64,000 nucleotides of DNA, taken from contig JBIOXV010000207.1 of assembly GCA_044869805.1 (NCBI GenBank), positions 8,062 through 72,061 of the forward strand, read 5' to 3'. Positions 48,185 to 56,258 of the stretch are shown in pieces. The notes under the pieces are model-generated. The model did not search any database. It was not told the origin of the DNA and saw only the letters and a program-made list of their open reading frames with translations. Position 1 is the stretch's first letter; the number at the start of each line of letters is the position of its first letter. A program made the position numbers and the translations under genes. Origin of the DNA: Thermoanaerobaculia bacterium (lineage in GTDB: Bacteria; Acidobacteriota; Thermoanaerobaculia; Multivoradales; SZUA-115).

Positions 48185-49306
48185 CTACGTCCGCGCCAAG
48201 GCTTTGCCGGCCTTAGGCGCTCCAGGAGGGATCAGTCGCTGGTGCTCCCTGGCAGAGACGCTGAGGCCAAGAACGCGCTTCAGGACGGCCAGGGTTTGCA
48301 CTCTCGCTTGCCGGTTCGAGACCACGGAGCCCGCGGTGATGCACACGTTGTCCCAAACGGGATTGACCTTCGAGCCGACCGACTTCCGCCAGTCGAGTTC
48401 CCGCAAGGGCTCGAGTCGCGCCTGCCAGTCACGCGGGCGCTCCTCGATGAGCGATCGCCCTGCGCCTCCGAGTGCTCGCATCACCACGGCATGTGTGTTG
48501 ATCCTCTCCTGGCGCAGCTCGGGCGCCTTGAGGTCGCCAGCCGCGACCTTGCGCCAGTCGGTGATCACTGTGCTCAGGGCCGTCCAGTACTCCACTGCGA
48601 GGCTGAGCCTCAATTCGTAGTCCTGACTGCCACGCTTATCCACTTTCTGACCAACGAGTTCCTCGTTCGCGTCGTAGAGCGTGGACAGCGTGAAGAGCTT
48701 CGGCGATCGAATCGGGATCGTGATCTTCTCCTTGTCGACCATGCCCCGGAACACGTCGACCTTCTCGGAGACATCCATGGTCAAGGCTGAGAGGTTGTCG
48801 CGGTGGTCGTAGAGGACGTCGAGCGACTTGGACGTCTTGTGCGCGTAGCGGTTGAGATCCGTGAACATCTGTTGCAGTCGCTCGAGGTTCTCCATCGGGA
48901 ACAGGAGAACCGAGATCTTGTCCTTGCCTAGGGCGGGGTTCTCCTTGATTGCTGCTGCGATGCCAGCGGACCTGTGCTGACCGTCATTGATGACCAGCTC
49001 GAGGTTCTCGAGCTCCATCTCGAGAGTGCCCAGATCCAAGTTCTCGGCGATCGGGAGGAACTTCACCTCGGAGGAGTAGGAAGCGGTGATCGAGGAGAAC
49101 AGGTAGCCGTCCTCGTTATCGAGGATGTACTTCATGATGTCGGGTACGCGACTCCTGTTCAGGACGCGCTGGGCGCGGAGCTCGGGCGTGCACTGCTCCC
49201 AGTCGTTGAAGCGGAACAACCGAGGAACCTCGGCGAGCGACACCGAGATCGTGAAGTACTGCCGCCCGCCCATTAACCCTCGGATGGCTGGGATGAAGAC
49301 CCTCAT
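48185..49306 (-). CDS. DGQHR-domain (DndB-like, ParB/Srx fold) protein
   Basis: Literal motif LVINDGQHRSAGIAAAI. The size (373 aa) matches the DndB-like family. Confidence 0.7.
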   Translation of the reverse strand: MRVFIPAIRGLMGGRQYFTISVSLAEVPRLFRFNDWEQCTPELRAQRVLNRSRVPDIMKYILDNEDGYLFSSITASYSSEVKFLPIAENLDLGTLEMELENLELVINDGQHRSAGIAAAIKENPALGKDKISVLLFPMENLERLQQMFTDLNRYAHKTSKSLDVLYDHRDNLSALTMDVSEKVDVFRGMVDKEKITIPIRSPKLFTLSTLYDANEELVGQKVDKRGSQDYELRLSLAVEYWTALSTVITDWRKVAAGDLKAPELRQERINTHAVVMRALGGAGRSLIEERPRDWQARLEPLRELDWRKSVGSKVNPVWDNVCITAGSVVSNRQARVQTLAVLKRVLGLSVSAREHQRLIPPGAPKAGKALART

Positions 49307-49345
49307 TGTTTGCCCTCCATATCCGAGCTCTCAACGGATGTCGCC

Positions 49346-49443
49346 AGAGCTGTCACGAGATAGTGTAGGAGCTGAGGATTACAAATGTCAAGAGCTGTCT
49401 GGCATGTAGTTGAGAGCTGTCAACTTGAGGTTAGAGAGCTGTA
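49346..49443. promoter_or_regulatory. four direct repeats AGAGCTGT(C/A), spaced 45/22/22 bp, in the upstream region of the DGQHR-GHKL operon
   Basis: Copies at about 49346, 49391, 49413 and 49435, lying between the DGQHR gene start (49306) and the island boundary. Confidence 0.5.
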
Positions 49444-49593
49444 GGGTTAGCCACCCGCCGACTTCAAACAGTTCCTGAGAACGCAGGGCGATCTGTCCTA
49501 CGAAGCGCTGCTCACGCGCCGCGGGCCTCGCGGCGCGTTTCGAGCCCTTGGGTCCTCCTTGACGGGGATACAGGAATACGGTTTACTGGCCCC

Positions 49594-49893
49594 ATGAAGG
49601 CTACGATCGAAGTACCGGACGATCTCTACCGCCAGGTAAAGGCAAAGAGTGCCCTCGAGGGACGAGCTGTGCGAGACGTGGCGGAGGAGCTGTTTCGCGG
49701 CTACGTGAGCCGCGAGCCTCCCCGGGCGAGCGAGGACCAGCAGGACGCTGGCACCTCCAGGACGCGGGACGAGGACCCGATGCCTCCCTGGTTCGGCGTC
49801 TTGCGGAAATACGCGCGTCGAGTCCAGCAGCACGACATGGATGCGATCCGCAAGAGCATCGCCGCGGGCGTTGCCAGGGAGCGTGGCCTCTGA
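49594..49893 (+). CDS. vapB: VapB-like antitoxin
   Basis: Small protein with an MKATIEVPDDLYRQVKAKSA N-terminus, directly upstream of a PIN gene with a 2-bp gap. Confidence 0.55.
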   Translation: MKATIEVPDDLYRQVKAKSALEGRAVRDVAEELFRGYVSREPPRASEDQQDAGTSRTRDEDPMPPWFGVLRKYARRVQQHDMDAIRKSIAAGVARERGL

Positions 49894-49895
49894 AC

Positions 49896-50294
49896 GTGGG
49901 TCTCGACACCTCGGTCGTGGTGCGGGTCCTCGCGGGCGAACCGGAAGGGCTCGCTCTCGCCGCCCTACGGTTCCTGCAGGAGCGCCAGCGAGCGGGCGAC
50001 CGCGTCCTGATCTCCGACTTGGTGCTCGCCGAGACCTACCACGCGTTTCAACATCACTACGGCGCCTCGAAGAAGGACACGCTGGCCGCCCTTCGAGCCT
50101 TCCTGGCGACTCCGGGAGTCGAGGGCACGGGCGAGGCGCCGAGAGTGCTGGTCGCTCCAGGCCTGGAGTCCGCCAAGCCGGGCTTCGTCGATCGAGTCAT
50201 CCATCGGGACTATCTGCGATCGGGTGCCGAGCAGGTGGCGACCTTCGAGCGAGCCTCCGCCAAGCTGATCGAGGTGGCGGTGCTGGGAGTCTGA
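49896..50294 (+). CDS. vapC: PIN-domain toxin VapC
   Basis: GLDTSVVV..D.LVLAE PIN acidic residues. GTG start. Confidence 0.75.
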   Translation: MGLDTSVVVRVLAGEPEGLALAALRFLQERQRAGDRVLISDLVLAETYHAFQHHYGASKKDTLAALRAFLATPGVEGTGEAPRVLVAPGLESAKPGFVDRVIHRDYLRSGAEQVATFERASAKLIEVAVLGV

Positions 50295-50302
50295 GCGAAG
50301 CC

Positions 50303-51574
50303 CTACCCTGGCTCCTCGAATCTCGCCAACCCGAAGAACGGATCCACCGCGCGCTCGCCGAGCACGGTGGCGGCGACGCGCTCGCCCCAGGCCGGCGCGA
50401 ACTTGAAGCCGTGGCCCGAGCCGCCGCCGACCAGCCAGCAGTTCTCCGCTTGCGAGTGGCGGTCGAGGATGAAGTGCGCGTCCGGCGAGTTCTCGTACTG
50501 GCAAACGCGGGTTTCGAGGAGCGGCGAGCCGGCGAGGGCGGGAAAGCGCCGCGCCAGCAGCTCGCGCGCCCGCGCCAGCGCCGTGGCGGTGGTGACCCGC
50601 TCGCCGGCGGTGGGGTCGAAGGCCTCGCCGCGAGTGTCGTCGGCCACCTTGAAGCCGCGGTGCTCGTTTCCGGGGATGCCGTAGAAAAGCCGCTCGCCGA
50701 CCTCGATCCAGATCGGCAACGAGCCTTCCTCGAAGCGCGGGTCGCCGGCCGGGGTGCCGAAGTAGAACACCTCCTGCCGCGTCGGTCGGATGCGCTCGCC
50801 GACCTCCTCGGGAAAGAGCCTCCCCAGCCACGGGCCGCAGCAGAATACGTAGGCGTCGGCCGCCAGGCGCGAGCCGTCGCCTAGCTCTACGGCCTCCATG
50901 CCGCCGGCGCCGAGCCGGCCGGGCCGCACCTCGGCCTGGCGGTACTCGCCTCCCGCGGCCACCAGTGCCTCGACCGCCGCCGCGCAGGCGCGGCGCGCCA
51001 GCAGGTAGCCGGCCCGGGGCTCGAAGAGCGCCCAGCCGATGCCCTCGAAGCGGATCTGCGGGAAGCGGCGGGCGGCCTCCGCCGCCGAGAGCTCCTCGAA
51101 GGGAAACCCCAGCTCCTGGAGGTGCGGTTGCGCGGCGCGCACGAAGTCGGCCGGCCCGCTCGCCATCCACAGCGCGCCCGTGGAATGGTAGAGGCGGCGC
51201 TGCCAGCGCGCCTCGAGCTCCTGCCAGCGGGTCAGGGCCTCGGCCGCCAGCTCGACGTAGGCGCGGTCGGCGTAGACGCCGCGGATCACCCGCGTCTCGC
51301 CGCCCGAGCTCGCCCGCGCGTTGCCCGGGCCCCAGGCGTCGAGCAGCGTGACTCGCGTCCCCCGGCGCGCCAGCGCCAGCGCCGTGAAGCTGCCGAAGGC
51401 GCCCGCGCCCACCACCACCACGTGACGGCGCGGGCCCTGGCGCGGCTCCACCCTGGCCGCGGGCTCGGCGGCGGCTGGTCCGGCATCGCTCCGGACGGCC
51501 AGCGCCGCGGGCACCGCCGCGAGCGTGGTGAGGACGGCGCGACGGGAGAGGCCGGGGTCGGGTGTCTTGGTCAT
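50303..51574 (-). CDS. FAD-dependent oxidoreductase (DAO family) with Tat signal
   Basis: SRRAVLTTLAAVPAALA twin-arginine leader, VVVVGAGAFG dinucleotide-binding motif, and a DAO-like C-terminus (HGFKFAP). 423 aa from an ATG. Confidence 0.75.
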   Translation of the reverse strand: MTKTPDPGLSRRAVLTTLAAVPAALAVRSDAGPAAAEPAARVEPRQGPRRHVVVVGAGAFGSFTALALARRGTRVTLLDAWGPGNARASSGGETRVIRGVYADRAYVELAAEALTRWQELEARWQRRLYHSTGALWMASGPADFVRAAQPHLQELGFPFEELSAAEAARRFPQIRFEGIGWALFEPRAGYLLARRACAAAVEALVAAGGEYRQAEVRPGRLGAGGMEAVELGDGSRLAADAYVFCCGPWLGRLFPEEVGERIRPTRQEVFYFGTPAGDPRFEEGSLPIWIEVGERLFYGIPGNEHRGFKVADDTRGEAFDPTAGERVTTATALARARELLARRFPALAGSPLLETRVCQYENSPDAHFILDRHSQAENCWLVGGGSGHGFKFAPAWGERVAATVLGERAVDPFFGLARFEEPG

Positions 51575-51592
51575 GACAGGCCCGCCGGTATT

Positions 51593-51677
51593 TGTCACTC
51601 CGAGCGCAGCGAGGGACTTGGGGGCGGCCCGGGCATCCGGCCCGCCCAGATCCTTCGCTTCGCTCAGGATGACAATC
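51593..51677. repeat. inverted pair of about 26-bp palindromic-motif repeats (GTCA(C/T)(T/C)C(C/T)GAGCG(C/A)AGCGA(G/A)GGA)
   Basis: Copy 1 on the plus strand at about 51593-51619 and the reverse complement at about 51650-51677. Lies in the leader of the oxidoreductase gene and could form a long hairpin. Confidence 0.5.
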
Positions 51678-51793
51678 ACAATAGAGTCTAGCCTCAACTC
51701 GACCGAGCAAGGGGCCCGCGCGGAACATCCACCGGCGGAGCGCGTAGGGACCTGCAGAAGGTCCCGCAGGTCAATCCGACAGGAGGCCTCCCC

Positions 51794-52513
51794 ATGTCTC
51801 AGCCCTCGAAGTCGACCTCGCCCTGGGTCTGGGTGGCCGCCGGCTGCGGCTGCGCCGTGCTGGCCGGGGTGTTCGCGATCGGCGGCATGGGCTTCTTCGG
51901 CTACCGCTGGGCGAAGAAGATCGAGAGCGAGATCAGCGACCCGGACCAGCGCCGGGCCAAGGTGCTCCAGGTGCTGGGCGCCGAGCGGCTCCCCGAGGGC
52001 TACTACCCGGCGATGGGCCTGTCCATCCCCTTCATCATGGAGATGGCGATGCTCTCGGACCACGAGCTGCCACCGGGGAAGGACTTCGGCGGCCAGGGGC
52101 ACGAGATGTTCGGCGAGCGCGGGTTCATCTACACCAAGATGATCCAGAGTGGCCGCGATCAGCAGCGCATCCAGGACTACTTCGACGGCAAGACCGACGA
52201 CCTCGAAGCCCTGCGCCACGCGGGCATGAACCTCGGGCGCGGCGAGGTGCTGCGTAAGGGATCGCTTGAGCTTGCGGGCGCCGAGGTCCGCTACGTGGCC
52301 CAGCGCAGCAATGTCTCGTTCCACTCCGGCGGTGGCGGGCGGAGCATCACCGTCACCACCCTGATCGACTGCCCCGAAGACAAGCGGATGCGACTGGCGA
52401 TCTGGTTCGCTCCCGACCACACGCCGCAAGCGGAGGAGGCGCCGATCGAGTCGCTCGACCTCGCCGGCACGCCGGCACGCCGGCCGACGAGGCGGCGCTC
52501 GCCGCGTTCCTAG
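51794..52513 (+). CDS. hypothetical membrane-anchored protein
   Basis: N-terminal TM segment (WVWVAAGCGCAVLAGVFAIGGMGFFGY). No recognised domain. Confidence 0.4.
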   Translation: MSQPSKSTSPWVWVAAGCGCAVLAGVFAIGGMGFFGYRWAKKIESEISDPDQRRAKVLQVLGAERLPEGYYPAMGLSIPFIMEMAMLSDHELPPGKDFGGQGHEMFGERGFIYTKMIQSGRDQQRIQDYFDGKTDDLEALRHAGMNLGRGEVLRKGSLELAGAEVRYVAQRSNVSFHSGGGGRSITVTTLIDCPEDKRMRLAIWFAPDHTPQAEEAPIESLDLAGTPARRPTRRRSPRS

Positions 52514-52538
52514 GGCACTTCCGGTTCTGCGGGGCTGG

Positions 52539-53435
52539 CTAGTCTTCCCCGTAGTCGATCTCCATCCGCTGGATCCTCCAGCCGGAGAGCAGCAGCAACA
52601 CGGCGGAGAACACCAGCAGGCCGGTCACTGAGATCCAGGCCGGGGTGGGATCGACCGGCAGCGCGAAGGTGCCGTCGGAGACCGGGACCGGCAGCAGCGA
52701 CTTCAGGTAGTGGATGACGGAGAGCTTCTTCAGCAGCGCCGGCAGCAGGAAGTTGAGCCACTCCCAGAGGTAGATCAGGATCGCTGGCAGGATGGGGTTC
52801 TTGAGGTAGAGGCCGAGCAGCAGGAAGATGGAGCCGTAGCCCAGGCAGGCGAGCGCGATGATCCCCAGGTAGGCCGCGAGGTGGCCGAGCCCCGGCCCCT
52901 CGAAGAGGTGCTGGCGGATCGCCTCGGTGCCGAAGGGGAGGCGGAACATCAAGTAGGACACCGCCGTCGAGCCGCCGAAGAGCAGCCCCGAGGCCAGGAG
53001 GCCGGCGAGAAACTTCCCCGCCACCAGCACCTGCCGCCGCACCGGGGAGAGCAGGTAGTAGTGGAGGCTCTTGTCCAGTACCTCGCCACGGAACAGGTTG
53101 ATGAACACCCAGGCGCAGCCGAAGTAAGTCACCGTGCGCAGCACCAGGCCCTCGAAGAGGCCGGCGTAGATGCCGCCCGCCCAGTGGATGGTCTCGCCGC
53201 CGATGGTCTCGTTGCGATCGATGAGCAGGGCGACCAGCGCGAAGAGAGTGGTGCCGGCCACCGGCAGCAGGGCCAGCAGGTAGAGCAGCAGGGCGCGCCG
53301 GCCGAGGAAATTCTTGCGCGCCTCGAGGCGCAGGATGGCGGCGATCTGGCGCCGCCAAAGGGCCCAGGGCCTCGGCCCGGAGGAGGGCCGCGGCGCGATG
53401 CCGCGCTTCGCCGCGGCGGTCTCGGTGGTCGTCAT
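52539..53435 (-). CDS. ABC-2 type transporter permease
   Basis: Polytopic membrane protein, overlapping the upstream ATPase gene by 4 bp. Confidence 0.6.
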   Translation of the reverse strand: MTTTETAAAKRGIAPRPSSGPRPWALWRRQIAAILRLEARKNFLGRRALLLYLLALLPVAGTTLFALVALLIDRNETIGGETIHWAGGIYAGLFEGLVLRTVTYFGCAWVFINLFRGEVLDKSLHYYLLSPVRRQVLVAGKFLAGLLASGLLFGGSTAVSYLMFRLPFGTEAIRQHLFEGPGLGHLAAYLGIIALACLGYGSIFLLLGLYLKNPILPAILIYLWEWLNFLLPALLKKLSVIHYLKSLLPVPVSDGTFALPVDPTPAWISVTGLLVFSAVLLLLSGWRIQRMEIDYGED

Positions 53436-54376
53436 GCCTGCCCTCCCTCGCCGCCGATCAGGTAATCGTAGACCGCCTGCACGTCCTCGTCCGCCGGCCC
53501 CACGGCCTCGACCGAGAGGCCCTCCTCGAGTACCGCGCGGTTGAGCAGCAGGTGGAAGCGGTCGGCGTCGCGGGTGCGGGCCGAGAGGCCCTGACCGTCG
53601 TCGTGGATTCTCACCTCCACCACTTCGGGCAGGCCGAACAGCCTCGCTGCCAGCACCTGCGGCCGGTCGCAGCGCACGAAGACCTGGATCGGGTGCTCGT
53701 GCATCTCGGTGCGCACGCCCTCGATCACTCCCTCGGCGACCACGTAGCCGCTGTTGAGGAGGATCACGCGGTCGGAGATCAGGTCCACCTCGTGCAGGAT
53801 GTGGCTCGAGATGATGACGTGCTGGCCCTCGGCCGCGAACTTCTGGAACAGGGCGATGACCTCGGCGCGGGCCATGGGGTCGAGCCCGTTCAGGGGCTCG
53901 TCGAGCACCAGCACAGTGGGCTTGTGGGCGAGAGCCTGGGCGAGGCGGATGCGCTGCCGCATGCCCTTGCTGTAGGCCGCCACCTTGCGGTGCGCGGCGT
54001 CGGTGAGGTTGACGCTCTCGATCGCCTCTTCGGCGAGCGAGCGCGCCTCGGCGGCCAGGTAGCCGTGGACCAGCAGGTAGGAGTAGACGAGCTGGAAGCC
54101 GGAGAGGCCGCGCGGAAAGGAGTCGACCTGGGTGGCGTAGCCCACTCGGCGAAACATCTCCTCGGGCTCGTCCGGCGTCAGGCCAAGGACGTTCACGCTG
54201 CCGTGGGTCGGCCGCAGCAGCCCGGTCATCAAATTCATCAGCGTGCTCTTGCCCGCGCCGTTGGGGCCCACCAGCCCGGTGATTCCGGGCGCGATCTTGA
54301 GGTTGACCCGGTTGACCCCGAGCACCTCGCCGTAGAACTTGGAGACGTTGTCGAAGACGATGGCGTCGGCGCTCAT
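53432..54376 (-). CDS. ABC transporter ATP-binding protein
   Basis: Walker [10 protein letters not shown], signature-like YSKGMRQR, Walker B VLVLDEP. 314 aa from the ATG at 54376. Confidence 0.85.
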   Translation of the reverse strand: MSADAIVFDNVSKFYGEVLGVNRVNLKIAPGITGLVGPNGAGKSTLMNLMTGLLRPTHGSVNVLGLTPDEPEEMFRRVGYATQVDSFPRGLSGFQLVYSYLLVHGYLAAEARSLAEEAIESVNLTDAAHRKVAAYSKGMRQRIRLAQALAHKPTVLVLDEPLNGLDPMARAEVIALFQKFAAEGQHVIISSHILHEVDLISDRVILLNSGYVVAEGVIEGVRTEMHEHPIQVFVRCDRPQVLAARLFGLPEVVEVRIHDDGQGLSARTRDADRFHLLLNRAVLEEGLSVEAVGPADEDVQAVYDYLIGGEGGQA

Positions 54377-55248
54377 CGCTCCACCTCGTAGGCGCGGATG
54401 CGGCGCGCGAGCACCGCGACCGAGAGCGCGCAGACCAGCGCGAAGGCTACCCAGGCGGTGACCGGCGAAGGCAACCCCGCGGTGAGCGGCAGCCGGAACA
54501 GCCCCGCCCACAGCGAGCGCAGCAGGTCGCCGACCTGCAGCACCGAGGCCGATTCGGTGCGGAAGCTCAGGTTGAGGACCACTCCCAGTGCCTGCAGCAC
54601 CAGCGGCGCGGCAAAGAAGAAGAGCCGCGCCACCGGCTTCCACTTGACGGTGGCCGAAACGGCGAGCGCCACCAGCGAGAGGGCGAGGATCCATACTGCC
54701 GAGGACACCACGATCGAGCCGGCGAGCCAGAAGTTGTCGGCGAACCACCCGAAGCCTTGGAGGAAGCACTGGAGAAGGAACAGCGCCAGACCCGGCACCC
54801 AGGTGACGGCGGAGAGCAGCACCACGAGCACGATGAGCTTGCCCAGCACGTAGTCGCGGCGGGTGATCGGCCGCCCCAGGTAGAGGGGCATGGCGTTGTT
54901 GCGCAGGTCGGGCGAGATCAGCGCCGGCCCGACGATCATCGCCACGAAGAAGGCCATGAAGCTCTGCGGCGCCATCACCCAGTTGCGGAAGAAGGCCGGC
55001 TCGATGGCGAACAGCCGGTTGATGATGTCGCCGGGGAGCCGCAGGATGTTGATCGCCTCGGTGTTGTGGGCGAGGTAGATGCGGATGCTGGCGATCAGCG
55101 GCGCCACGAAGCAGAGCACGAAGAAAGCGAGGAAGAGCTTGGAGTTGAACAAGTCCTTGAGCGCGTAGCGCGGGATCACCCAAAGCCGTGAGCGCTCGGG
55201 CGTCAGGGCGCCGGCGTAGGCGCGGTAGGTGCGTCCGTAGACCGCCAC
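54373..55248 (-). CDS. ABC-2 type transporter permease
   Basis: Polytopic membrane protein in an operon with the ATPases. Confidence 0.6.
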   Translation of the reverse strand: MAVYGRTYRAYAGALTPERSRLWVIPRYALKDLFNSKLFLAFFVLCFVAPLIASIRIYLAHNTEAINILRLPGDIINRLFAIEPAFFRNWVMAPQSFMAFFVAMIVGPALISPDLRNNAMPLYLGRPITRRDYVLGKLIVLVVLLSAVTWVPGLALFLLQCFLQGFGWFADNFWLAGSIVVSSAVWILALSLVALAVSATVKWKPVARLFFFAAPLVLQALGVVLNLSFRTESASVLQVGDLLRSLWAGLFRLPLTAGLPSPVTAWVAFALVCALSVAVLARRIRAYEVER

Positions 55249-55250
55249 GA

Positions 55251-56174
55251 TCAGCTCTCCATGGCCTTCAGGAAGATGTCCTGCAGCGAGTCGCGCTTGT
55301 AGTCGAGGCGGCGGATCTGGATCTCTTTCTCGGCCGCAATCTTGAACAGCTCGCGGATCTCGAGCCCCTGCGGCAGCACCATCTTGAGCCGCCGCTGGCC
55401 GGAGAGCGCCACCTCGGCGCCGGCGGCCTCGGCGGCGGCGGCAAAGGTGTCACGGTCGCCGCCCCGGGTCTCGACCAGCAGGAACTTGCGGTTGGTGCGC
55501 CGCTCCTCCTCGAGGTTGCAGTAGGTGGCGATCTTGCCCTCCTTCAAAACCAGCACCTCGTCGCAGCACTCTTCGACGTCGCGCAGCAGGTGCGAAGAGA
55601 GGATGACGTGCGCCGTGCCGCTGTCGCGCACCTCGCGGATCAGGCGCAACATTCGCGAGCGGTGCGGCGGGTCGAGGCCGTTGGTGGGCTCGTCCAAGAG
55701 CAGCAGCTTGGGCCCGTGCACGATGGATTGCGCGAACTTGGCGAGCTGCTTCATGCCGAAGGAGTAGGTCTCGAGCCGCCGGTAGCGGGCCTCGCCCAGG
55801 CCGACGTAGAAGAACGCCTCGTGGGTACGCTCCATGGCCTCGGCCGGCGGCAAGCCGGAGAGCTCCGCCATCATGCGCACGAAGCGCACGCCCGAGAGGC
55901 CGGCGATGAACGAGTCGCGCTCCGGCATGTAGCCGATCAGGCGCCGCACCTCGCGGCCTTCTCCGGTGATGCTCTTGCCGAACACCCGCGCGCCGCCCGC
56001 GGAGGGCGGATGAAACCCCAGCAGGGTGTGCAGCAGCGTGGTCTTACCGGCGCCGTTGGGCCCCAGCAGGCCGATGGCCCGCCCGCCGACCTTGGTGGTG
56101 AGGCGGTCGAGGATCAGGCGGGCGCCAAAGCGGACGGAAAGCCCGTCGAGCTCCAAGACAGGAGGTTGGGTCAT
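55251..56174 (-). CDS. ABC transporter ATP-binding protein
   Basis: Walker [10 protein letters not shown], signature-like SFGMKQ, Walker B LLLLDEP. Confidence 0.85.
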   Translation of the reverse strand: MTQPPVLELDGLSVRFGARLILDRLTTKVGGRAIGLLGPNGAGKTTLLHTLLGFHPPSAGGARVFGKSITGEGREVRRLIGYMPERDSFIAGLSGVRFVRMMAELSGLPPAEAMERTHEAFFYVGLGEARYRRLETYSFGMKQLAKFAQSIVHGPKLLLLDEPTNGLDPPHRSRMLRLIREVRDSGTAHVILSSHLLRDVEECCDEVLVLKEGKIATYCNLEEERRTNRKFLLVETRGGDRDTFAAAAEAAGAEVALSGQRRLKMVLPQGLEIRELFKIAAEKEIQIRRLDYKRDSLQDIFLKAMES

Positions 56175-56258
56175 GGATCGAAAGCTTTCCCCCGCGCGAC
56201 CGTGCTGCGTTCGAAGGTAGGCGAGGCCCCGATGCGCCGGGGCCTCGCGCGCGCTGCG

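Larger units (their letters stand above)
44356..49593. mobile_element. putative horizontally acquired island (about 5.1 kb) with lower GC, flanked by a diverged direct duplication of a gene's 3-prime end
   Basis: GC drops to about 55-60% against roughly 70% in the flanks. Bounded by about 95-bp repeats (roughly 44263-44355 and 49455-49550, about 75% identical). Carries three genes and no integrase. Confidence 0.5.

Noticed and set aside
44356-49593. Integrase, recombinase, transposase or tRNA at the island borders
   Set aside because: None found in any frame. I could not identify tRNA-like T-loop or acceptor features at either border by eye, so the element is called an island with a duplicated gene end rather than a classical integrative element.
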